Below the pieces are notes generated by a model. That model did no database searches. It worked only from the letters and a program-made list of their open reading frames with translations, and had not been told where the DNA came from. DNA of 32,000 nt from Pseudodesulfovibrio mercurii (GTDB lineage Bacteria > Desulfobacterota > Desulfovibrionia > Desulfovibrionales > Desulfovibrionaceae): positions 450,001 to 482,000 of the forward strand of contig NC_016803.1 in NCBI RefSeq assembly GCF_000189295.2. Reading direction: 5' to 3'. This document shows, piece after piece, positions 25,303 through 32,000 of this stretch. Made by a program: the position numbers and the translations under genes. Numbering within the stretch: position 1 is the stretch's first letter; every line of letters begins with the position of its first letter.

Positions 25303-27693
25303 ATGAACGATCATATCGGGACGCCATACATGCAATCGACGACACGCTGTATTATCTTGTTATTGTTGTGTTCCCCGCTGCTCATGGGGATGATGCCGGA
25401 AAAAATCGGCTCGATTTCGCTGGAGAGCAAGGCCAGCAACCTTTGCGTGAGTTCCGACGGCTCGCTGGTGGCCGCGCAGGGCACGGGGGAAATCCTGCTC
25501 ATCGACACGGCGGACCCCGCCCATCCACGGGTGGCCGGTCGAATCAAGGTGGACGGCGGCGGCAGGAGGCTGGCCCTTTCGCCGGACAACAAACTGCTGC
25601 TTACGGTCATAAGCTATTACAAGTACAAAAAGACCAAGCCGGACGTGGTCGAGGCCTTCGACGTCTCCGATCCGCGTAGGCCCCGGCGTCTCTGGAAGCA
25701 GACCTATGCCGCCAACCTCATCGCCATTGCCCCGGATGCGAGCGCCTACGCGGTCCACGAGGATGTGAAGAAGCATTCCGAGTGGAAGGTCACGGTCTAT
25801 TGGACGAATTTCCGCCATCTCCCGGCGAAGTCCTTTGCGAGCTATCCGTCCATCGGCGGGCTGCTGTTGTCGGAAGGCGGCCGGTCATTGGCCCAGTCCA
25901 ATCAAAGTACGCTTATGGAGGTCGAATTCGACGACGCGGGCATGTCCGTCCGGGAACGAAACGCACCGGGCATCCCGGTCCTGGGGTTCCCCGAGGGGGA
26001 CATCCTGTTTCGTGACGGGGCCGGGCCGAGGCTGACCCTGTACCACAACGCGCCGGGCATTCCCCGTACAGGCAGCGTGGATTACGCCGACCTCCTTTGG
26101 CAGCCCGGGTATCGGTACTTGAAGAGCGCCAGCAAGCGGACGGCGGTCATCGGCGACCGCTTCAACCGGATTGCCGTCATCGACCGCTCGCAACCGGTAG
26201 GCCCCCGGATAACCCGGATCCTGCAATTGCCCACGAACGCCTGGAATTGCGCCCTCGATGCGCAGGACCGCCTGTATGTCATGCGCACCGCCAAGCAGCG
26301 GGATTCGATCCTGGATATCTACGACCTCGACGGGGAGCCCCGGTCCGGCGCGGACTGGGGAGCGCTGCAACAGGCCTATGCCGACGCATTGAAGACCCTT
26401 GAGAGAACGGACAAGCCGCGCAGCGTGCTGGAGATGTACGCCAGGGAGCGGCTGGTTGCGGCCATGCCCCAGGAGCACCTGGACGCGGAGCAGGACGGCC
26501 TTTCCCGTCGGCTGGCTGCTCGGATATTTCGCGAATATGCAATGCTGGTGCGAACCCCCAGACCGCGTAGGGAACCATATGCGCAGGCCGCACTGGAGCG
26601 CGCCATCGAACTCGATCCGTCGGACGCCCAGTCTCACCTGCTGCTGGCCGATCTGCTCAGGCGTTCCCTCGGGCCGCTCCTCGACTGGGACAGGAAGCTC
26701 GCCGTCATGGCCGATGCCGAGCGGCACTACCGCGCCTATCTGGACCTGGGCGGGGAAGCAACGCCGGAGATAACCGGCTTTCTGCGGGGCGAACCGGGCG
26801 CGGGGCGCTCCCTGAATCTCTGTCAGGCCGTGGCGGAATACGCCAATGCCGGGCGTCTGGAGGAATTGATCGCCGAGACCGGGACCATCGACGTGCCCAG
26901 GGAGGGGAAGCGGTACGATTTCCTGTTCTCGTACGAGGGCACGGCGCGCTGCCCGAGTTTCAGGATCCGGAACGTTTCGGACGGCTCGGCCGCCGATTCG
27001 GACGCGTTCTTTATCTTTCCGGATGATCGGTGGTGGGCGTGGAACGGCCGTTTCGGCCTGGTCAGCTATCGCGGCGAGATACACCTGCTGTATTTTCAGG
27101 ATGCCCGTCACCCCGTGCGGAGTTTCTCCTTTACGGGAACGGGAGGCTGCGAGTTCACGTCCGAGACGGAGATGTTCATCGGCCCGGCGGCCACCGAGCC
27201 CGCCCTGTGCAGGGATATCCTGGCCGGCAAGGGGCCGGAGTCGATTCCGTTCATCAAGAACGAAAAGCCCCTGCTGAACGAGGTGAAGGAGCGGTATTTC
27301 CAGACGGAGGCCATGGGTACGGCCGTGCTGGACCTCGCCAACGACGGCCACCCGGTCACGGTCACGCACCTGGACATGGCCAGCGGCGCCGGGCCCGGTT
27401 GCGACAAGGATTTCTTCGAGCTGCTCGACGGCGAGGGCGCGCATTTCAGCGATTCGCCCCTGCGGGCTCCCTTGCTCGAAATGCAGGGGGTCGGAGGGGG
27501 GCCGTTCGACCGCTGCGGCGGCACCGGCCGGTTCTTCCGTTACGGCGGCAAGCTCTTCCTGGAGTATCACTCCAAGGCTTCGATCTCCTTCAACAACAGG
27601 CAAGAGTACCATGACGTCAAGAAGATCGAGGACGGGAAGGTCGAGGACGTCTGCGATTTCCGGTTCAAGACCCACGTGAAGGTCGCCGACTAG
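25303..27693 (+). CDS. Large hypothetical exported protein (796 aa; alternative start 25330): N-terminal propeller-like repeats, central TPR-like helices, unknown C-terminal domain
   Basis: N-terminal signal-like segment MQSTTRCIILLLLCSPLLMGMM. Repeated strand-turn units (SSDGSLVAAQGTGEILLIDTADPAHPRV, LSPDNKLLLTV, APDASAYAV). Helical block AQAALERAIELDPSDAQSHLLLADLLRR...AERHYRAYLDLG. Third-position GC and length support coding. The antisense ORF 25885..27675 is a shadow. Confidence 0.75.
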   Translation: MNDHIGTPYMQSTTRCIILLLLCSPLLMGMMPEKIGSISLESKASNLCVSSDGSLVAAQGTGEILLIDTADPAHPRVAGRIKVDGGGRRLALSPDNKLLLTVISYYKYKKTKPDVVEAFDVSDPRRPRRLWKQTYAANLIAIAPDASAYAVHEDVKKHSEWKVTVYWTNFRHLPAKSFASYPSIGGLLLSEGGRSLAQSNQSTLMEVEFDDAGMSVRERNAPGIPVLGFPEGDILFRDGAGPRLTLYHNAPGIPRTGSVDYADLLWQPGYRYLKSASKRTAVIGDRFNRIAVIDRSQPVGPRITRILQLPTNAWNCALDAQDRLYVMRTAKQRDSILDIYDLDGEPRSGADWGALQQAYADALKTLERTDKPRSVLEMYARERLVAAMPQEHLDAEQDGLSRRLAARIFREYAMLVRTPRPRREPYAQAALERAIELDPSDAQSHLLLADLLRRSLGPLLDWDRKLAVMADAERHYRAYLDLGGEATPEITGFLRGEPGAGRSLNLCQAVAEYANAGRLEELIAETGTIDVPREGKRYDFLFSYEGTARCPSFRIRNVSDGSAADSDAFFIFPDDRWWAWNGRFGLVSYRGEIHLLYFQDARHPVRSFSFTGTGGCEFTSETEMFIGPAATEPALCRDILAGKGPESIPFIKNEKPLLNEVKERYFQTEAMGTAVLDLANDGHPVTVTHLDMASGAGPGCDKDFFELLDGEGAHFSDSPLRAPLLEMQGVGGGPFDRCGGTGRFFRYGGKLFLEYHSKASISFNNRQEYHDVKKIEDGKVEDVCDFRFKTHVKVAD

Positions 27694-27787
27694 GGGGCGT
27701 GGGGTCCTTTCGTTTTAAGGATAGTTGATCGGGACGTGATTGTTTACCCACTATGGTAAACACGGAAACGCAACATCGGGAGACGAA

Positions 27788-28201
27788 ATGAAAAAAATGA
27801 TTTTTCCCGTCATTGTTCTACTGTTGTTATTTACATGGCAACTGTCGCTGGCGTCCGATCATATGGACATGCCGAAAGGGGAATGGTTGTGTTATAGCGA
27901 AGTCATATGCAGTTTCTATGGTGATATGACCATAGATTCCAATACAATCAAGTTTAAGGAAACAGGACCAATCCACTATAGGATCATACGAAGTACCGAG
28001 AATCAAACAACCATTGAATTGGACAGGGCGCCTGATTGTGGCAGGTTTATCATTATCGGTCCATATGATAAGAATGAAAATTTTTTGGACTTCTCCGTTT
28101 ATAAAACAAAAGAAGATGCCTTGGCTGTAACCGATACGGATATTAAAAACAACATACATCCAAAGTGTTGCACTTGGGGGCTGTACGACAAGGGGCGCTA
28201 G
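27788..28201 (+). CDS. Small Cys-containing secreted protein, 137 aa, encoded in a low-GC patch
   Basis: Sec-type signal MKKMIFPVIVLLLLFTWQLSLA followed by SDH. GGGAGA RBS. My hand count of the first 100 nt gives about 42% GC, against well over 60% in the flanks. Confidence 0.7.
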   Translation: MKKMIFPVIVLLLLFTWQLSLASDHMDMPKGEWLCYSEVICSFYGDMTIDSNTIKFKETGPIHYRIIRSTENQTTIELDRAPDCGRFIIIGPYDKNENFLDFSVYKTKEDALAVTDTDIKNNIHPKCCTWGLYDKGR

Positions 28202-28264
28202 TGCCCGGGATATCACGGACGAGCCATTGTTTTTCGCCGCATTGGGTTTTGTCCGGCGGGAGGG

Positions 28265-28305
28265 CAAAAAGAAAGCCCGTAAAATCGGGTTGATTTTACG
28301 GGCTT
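28265..28305 (-). terminator. Rho-independent terminator just after tRNA(CAU); the hairpin also follows the + strand gene ending at 28201
   Basis: 14-bp stem AAGCCCGTAAAATC / GATTTTACGGGCTT with a 5-nt loop. On the minus strand it is followed by UCUUUUUG. It lies 12 nt from the tRNA 3' end. Confidence 0.8.
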
Positions 28306-28317
28306 CCGTTTCATTCG

Positions 28318-28394
28318 TGGTAGCGAGGAGAGGAATTGAACCTCCGACACTGCGGATATGAGCCGCATGCTCTAACCATCTGAGCTACCTCGCC
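28318..28394 (-). tRNA. tRNA with CAU anticodon (elongator tRNA-Met, or tRNA-Ile2 if lysidine-modified), CCA encoded
   Basis: The minus strand folds as a cloverleaf: GGCGAGG-UA-GCUC-AGAUGGUUA-GAGC-A-UGCGG-CUCAUAU-CCGCA-GUGUC-GGAGG-UUCAAUU-CCUCU-CCUCGCU-ACCA, 77 nt. It has G1:U72 and G49:U65 wobble pairs. It lacks the C1xA72 mismatch of an initiator. Confidence 0.9.
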
Positions 28395-28483
28395 ACGTTT
28401 CGCCGAAGCGGTCACAGTCTATAGACCGTCTTTTCCGGCTTGGCAAGTGGAAATTCCCGGTTCGGCCGGAAAATTGGAAGGTG

Positions 28484-29275
28484 CTACAAAAACAGGAGAA
28501 TCAGGGCGGCCAGGACCAGGCGGTACACGGCGAAGGGGCGCAGGGTCAGGCGGCCCAGCAGGACGATGAACCCCTTGACGGCCAGCCAGGCCGCGATGAA
28601 GGAGACCACGAAGCCGATGAGCAGGAAGACCAGATCGCCGCTCTCGAACAGGGCGTAGTTCTTGAGGAAGTCGTAGCCCGTGGCGGCGAACATGATGGGC
28701 ACGGCCGCGATGAACGAGTACTCGGCGGCCACGGTGCGCTTGGTCCCCAGGAGCATGCCGCCCATGATGGTCGAGGCGGACCGCGAAAAGCCCGGCCACA
28801 GGGCCAGGCACTGGAACAGGCCGATGCCCAGCGCCGTCTTCGGGGTGATCTCGTCCAGGGTCAGGGTGGTCTTCTTCAGGTCCAGGGCCTCGACCACGAA
28901 GATGAGCACCGCGCCCACGGCCAGGGAGATGGCCACGGTAAAGGGCGAAAAGAGATATTCCTTGATGTAGTGGTGGGTCAGCAGGCCGAGGACCGAGGCG
29001 GGCAGGGAGGTCAGGAACAGGAGCCAGAGGCCGTACACGCCCGAAAATTTGCGGCTCTTGTCCGGGAAGATCAACCCCACGAAGCGGTCCCAGTACAGGA
29101 CCACCACGGCCAGGATGGCCCCGAGCTGGATGACGATCTCGAAGGTGTCGGCCTTGGGACCGGTGAAATTCAGGAGGTGTCCGGCGATGATCAGATGGCC
29201 CGTGCTCGAGATGGGCAGGAATTCGGTCAGGCCTTCGACAATGCCGAGAATGATCGCAACGTACCAGGGCGCCAT
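28484..29275 (-). CDS. uppP: Undecaprenyl-diphosphate phosphatase
   Basis: 263 aa polytopic protein with VEGLTEFLPISSTGHLII and PGFSRSASTI motifs. GAGGA RBS. Confidence 0.9.
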   Translation of the reverse strand: MAPWYVAIILGIVEGLTEFLPISSTGHLIIAGHLLNFTGPKADTFEIVIQLGAILAVVVLYWDRFVGLIFPDKSRKFSGVYGLWLLFLTSLPASVLGLLTHHYIKEYLFSPFTVAISLAVGAVLIFVVEALDLKKTTLTLDEITPKTALGIGLFQCLALWPGFSRSASTIMGGMLLGTKRTVAAEYSFIAAVPIMFAATGYDFLKNYALFESGDLVFLLIGFVVSFIAAWLAVKGFIVLLGRLTLRPFAVYRLVLAALILLFL

Positions 29276-29400
29276 GTGATCCTCAGAGGTTGAGTGCGGA
29301 ACGTACGCTAGGGTCTAGACCAACTAACACCGTCTTGCAACCCCTCGGAAGCTGGTGTATTTCCTTTCGCTGTAAGGATGTTCAACCACAGGAGCGACCC

Positions 29401-29583
29401 ATGACGACCATCATGCCCCAAAGCGAACTGACCCGCAAAGCCGTGGCCTGGATCTGCGAGCTGCGGGACAACGGCGACGAACGGCCGCTCTCCGCGCTCA
29501 TCGAAGAGGCGGGCGGGCGCTTCAACCTCAGCCCCAAGGACATGGAGCTCATCATCCGTTTCTTCAAGGAAAACAAGGGCTGA
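29401..29583 (+). CDS. Hypothetical small protein, 60 aa, immediately upstream of lptF
   Basis: AGGAG 6 nt before the ATG. Sequence: MTTIMPQSELTRKAVAWICELRDNGDERPLSALIEEAGGRFNLSPKDMELIIRFFKENKG. The stop is 9 nt before the lptF start. Confidence 0.55.
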   Translation: MTTIMPQSELTRKAVAWICELRDNGDERPLSALIEEAGGRFNLSPKDMELIIRFFKENKG

Positions 29584-29592
29584 TTCCCTGCG

Positions 29593-30768
29593 GTGAAGCT
29601 TCTCCAGCGTCAGATATTCCTGGAACTGTGCAAGCTCTTCGGCTTGACCGTGTCCTGCCTTCTTGGGCTCATCCTGGTGGGCCGGATGCTGCAGTTGCGC
29701 TCGCTGTTCCTCTCCCAGAACATCGGGGTGCTGAACATCCTCCAGCTGTTCTTCTACCTGACGCCGTTTTTCCTGCTGCTGATCACGCCCATCGCCACCA
29801 TGCTCAGCGTGTTCCTGACCTTCCTGCGCATGAGCACGGACAACGAACTGGTGGCCCTCAAGGCGAGCGGGGTCAGCCTGTACCGCATGCTCCCTGCGCC
29901 CGTGCTCTTTTGCAGCCTGTGCACGCTGTTCGCCTTCTTCATCTCCTTCTGGGGGCTGGCCTGGGGCATGGACATGTTCAAGACCAAGCTCTATTACTTC
30001 GCCAAGACCCACTCGAAGTTTGCCCTGCAACCTGGCGTGTTCAATAAGGAATTCCCGAACATCACCTTCTACGCCCACCAGGTGGACAACGAGAAGGGCG
30101 AGTTGAAGTTCGCTTTCGTGCGCGACGATTCCATCAAGGGAACCTCGGTGGTCGTGGTCGCCCCCGAGGCCGAGGTGGTCTCCAATCCCCAGGAGGCCAA
30201 GATCCACGTTGTCTTCCACAACGGCCGCATCTTCCGCCAGAGCGGCGACGAGCTGAACATCCTCAAGTTCCGCAAGTATTCCATCAAGCTCGACCTGGGC
30301 AAGCTGCTGACCGGCTTCAACTTCGCCGAACAGAAGGCCAAGGACATGCCGTTCTTCCGATTGCGCGACATCCGCAAGGATCACAGCCTGATGCCGCATG
30401 AGAACGAGCGCTTCTTCCGCAAGGTGGACACGGAGTTCTACAAGCGGCTGACCCTGCCGCTGGGCTGCTTCATCCTGGGCCTGTTCGCCATCCCCATCGC
30501 CTCCATCTTCCGGGGGCTCAGGCAGCAGTACGGCCTGCTCCTGGCCATGGGCCTGTTCATGGTCTACTACACCATGTTCTCCATCGGCGTGAGCATGGGC
30601 GAATCGGGCACCATCCCGCCGGAATACGGCATGTGGGCCCCGGACATCCTGTTCATCTTCGTGGCCCTGGCCGGGCTGCGCTACGCCAACCTTGAGCGCA
30701 CGCCCACGGTGGTCCACTGGCTGCTGCACCTGCGGTTGACCCGCAAGGGCGGGGAGGCCGAGGCATGA
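29593..30768 (+). CDS. lptF: LPS export ABC permease LptF (YjgP/YjgQ family)
   Basis: GTG start. N-terminus MKLLQRQIFLELCKLFGLTV is typical of LptF/G. Three N-terminal TM segments, a periplasmic beta-jellyroll region, and C-terminal TM segments. Overlaps lptG by 4 nt. Confidence 0.85.
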   Translation: MKLLQRQIFLELCKLFGLTVSCLLGLILVGRMLQLRSLFLSQNIGVLNILQLFFYLTPFFLLLITPIATMLSVFLTFLRMSTDNELVALKASGVSLYRMLPAPVLFCSLCTLFAFFISFWGLAWGMDMFKTKLYYFAKTHSKFALQPGVFNKEFPNITFYAHQVDNEKGELKFAFVRDDSIKGTSVVVVAPEAEVVSNPQEAKIHVVFHNGRIFRQSGDELNILKFRKYSIKLDLGKLLTGFNFAEQKAKDMPFFRLRDIRKDHSLMPHENERFFRKVDTEFYKRLTLPLGCFILGLFAIPIASIFRGLRQQYGLLLAMGLFMVYYTMFSIGVSMGESGTIPPEYGMWAPDILFIFVALAGLRYANLERTPTVVHWLLHLRLTRKGGEAEA

Positions 30769-31892
30769 TCGGCGTCTTGAGCCGGTATCTCATCCGGCAG
30801 AACCTCTATCTCATGGCCATCTGCCTGGCCGTGGGCACCTCCCTGTATCTTCTGTCGGACATCTTCGACCGGCTGGACGACTTCATCCGGGCGGGGCTCG
30901 GCGCGCAGACCATCCTCTTCTATTTCATCGTCAAGATACCGCTCATCGTCTCGCAGCTCATGCCCGCGGTCTTTCTCCTGGCCATGGTCGTCCAGCTGGG
31001 CGTGCTGGCCAGGTCCCGCGAGATGCTCGCCCTGCGCGCCGGGGGCGTGTCCTTCGCCTGGTTCATCCGGTTCTTCGTGATCTATGCCCTGATCTGGAGC
31101 TGCGGACAGCTGGTCTTTTCCCAGTTCCTCGGGGTCTTCGGCGAGCAGGAGGCCAACCGCATCTGGAAGGAGGACGTGCGCAAGAAGCAGCTGGACGAGC
31201 TGACCATCCACAACCTGTGGTTCCGGGACGGGCCGTTCATCGTCCAGGCCAAGGAGGCCCAGCCGAGCAAGAGCCGGGCGAGCGACATCACGATCTACGA
31301 GTTCACCACGGACAACCAGGAGCTGATCCGCATCCTGAACGCCAAGAAGGCGCTCATCGACGATCACGGCTGGGGGCTTTTGGACGTGCACGAATTGGAC
31401 ACCCGGACCTTCATCACCGTGGACCGGCCGTCCCAGTTCCTGTCCGTGCGCCAGAACCTCAAGGCCTACGCGGCCGTGGAGCTCAAGGGCGACACCGCGC
31501 AGCTGCCGCTCATCGAACTGTCCAGGGCCATAGCGCGCCTCCAGGAGTCGGGCTCCAACGTGGAGATGCTTCTGACCATCTGGCACGGCAAGCTGTCCTA
31601 TGCCTTCTCCATGGTGGTCATGGCCCTGCTGGCGCTCGTGCTGGTGACCTTTTCCGAGAACGTCTACGCCAACATCGGCCTTGCGCTGATCCTGATCTTC
31701 ATCCAGTACGGGATGCACGTGGTCGGGGCGACCGCCGGGGAGAAGGGGGTGCTGCCGCCCATCCTGGCGGCCTGGCTGGGCAACGGGATCATGGCCGCGC
31801 TGGCGAGCCTGCGGTTGGCCTGGGTGGCCATGCCGGGCTTCAAGGCCATGATCCGGACGGCCGTGGAAGGGCTCATTCCCCGGCGGGCGTGA
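30765..31892 (+). CDS. lptG: LPS export ABC permease LptG (YjgP/YjgQ family)
   Basis: N-terminus MIGVLSRYLIRQNLYLMAICLAVGTSLYLLSDIFDRLDDF with the same architecture as LptF. ATGA overlap with the lptF stop. Confidence 0.85.
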   Translation: MIGVLSRYLIRQNLYLMAICLAVGTSLYLLSDIFDRLDDFIRAGLGAQTILFYFIVKIPLIVSQLMPAVFLLAMVVQLGVLARSREMLALRAGGVSFAWFIRFFVIYALIWSCGQLVFSQFLGVFGEQEANRIWKEDVRKKQLDELTIHNLWFRDGPFIVQAKEAQPSKSRASDITIYEFTTDNQELIRILNAKKALIDDHGWGLLDVHELDTRTFITVDRPSQFLSVRQNLKAYAAVELKGDTAQLPLIELSRAIARLQESGSNVEMLLTIWHGKLSYAFSMVVMALLALVLVTFSENVYANIGLALILIFIQYGMHVVGATAGEKGVLPPILAAWLGNGIMAALASLRLAWVAMPGFKAMIRTAVEGLIPRRA

Positions 31893-32000
31893 TCACAGCC
31901 CGGCGTATTCGCCGAGCCGGGCCCACAATTTTTCCTCGCCCTTGCCGGTCTTGCTCGAAAAGAGCAGGGGAGGGCGGTCCTGCTGGAGGATGTCCTGCCA
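31893..32000 (-). CDS. C-terminal 35 codons of a probable EngB/YsxC-type GTP-binding protein; N-terminus lies outside the window
   Basis: The minus frame reads WQDILQQDRPPLLFSSKTGKGEEKLWARLGEYAGL followed by a stop (TGA complement at 31893-31895). The SxKTGxGxxxLW ending is typical of the EngB C-terminus. The fragment is too short for certainty. Confidence 0.5.
   Translation of the reverse strand, partial: WQDILQQDRPPLLFSSKTGKGEEKLWARLGEYAGL

Noticed and set aside
25885-27675. 596-aa minus-strand ORF antisense to the 796-aa gene
   Set aside because: Gly/Arg/Pro/Ala-rich low-complexity translation. The + frame has a signal peptide, varied composition and TPR-like helices. Confidence is lower than for the other shadows because the + gene has no family assignment.
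29308-31718. Minus-strand ORFs 29308..30729 and 30681..31718 antisense to lptF/lptG
   Set aside because: Shadow ORFs. The + frames give typical YjgP/YjgQ permeases with a 4-nt overlapping stop/start.
1-32000. Search for CRISPR arrays, IS elements, transposases, integrases, rRNA, retron/DGR-type reverse transcriptases and toxin-antitoxin pairs
   Set aside because: I found no spaced direct-repeat array, no terminal inverted repeats flanking an ORF, and no DDE, tyrosine-recombinase or RT motifs in any frame I read. Absence is by eye only and should be confirmed with dedicated tools.

Overview
High-GC (over 60% by eye) bacterial chromosomal window. Gene content and order (birA-pyc-ppsA block, sigma-28 flagellar promoter, cytoplasmic Mo/FeS enzymes, tmRNA tag ANDNYEYAMAA) look like a sulfate-reducing Desulfovibrionaceae-type deltaproteobacterium; this taxonomic call is inference only. 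All calls come from reading the ORF translations for family motifs and the DNA for RNA genes, hairpins and promoters. No database search was possible.

Layout:
- 1-5.4 kb: an edge-truncated fused SucC/SucD-like acyl-CoA ligase (minus strand, missing from the ORF track), an orphan 258-aa protein, a cca-DHH phosphoesterase operon, and birA.
- 5.5-13.1 kb: a 1233-aa pyruvate carboxylase with a C-terminal zinc-ribbon tail and a 1196-aa long-form PEP synthase.
- 13.2-17.8 kb: motility block, with flaG plus a small acidic protein behind a near-consensus sigma-28 promoter, and divergent fapA(DUF342)-motA-motB-motB.
- 18.1-21.9 kb: FNT anion channel, a 44-aa membrane peptide, a signal-less molybdopterin oxidoreductase and a 4Fe-4S subunit.
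- 22.1-28.4 kb: tmRNA (ssrA) and a tRNA(CAU) bracket a compositionally mosaic interval. It holds a roughly 700-bp ORF-free gap, a Tat-signal superoxide-reductase-like protein, a small helical orphan, and three co-directional membrane/secreted proteins of unknown function. The last of these is about 40% GC.
- 28.5-32 kb: uppP, a 60-aa protein, lptF-lptG, and the tail of an EngB-like GTPase.

No CRISPR array, transposase, integrase or rRNA was seen. Many long ORFs in the track are antisense shadows typical of high-GC DNA. The best candidates for something undescribed are the three-gene envelope module at 24.3-28.2 kb and the FNT-linked cytoplasmic Mo enzyme module. Neither can be assigned a function from sequence alone.
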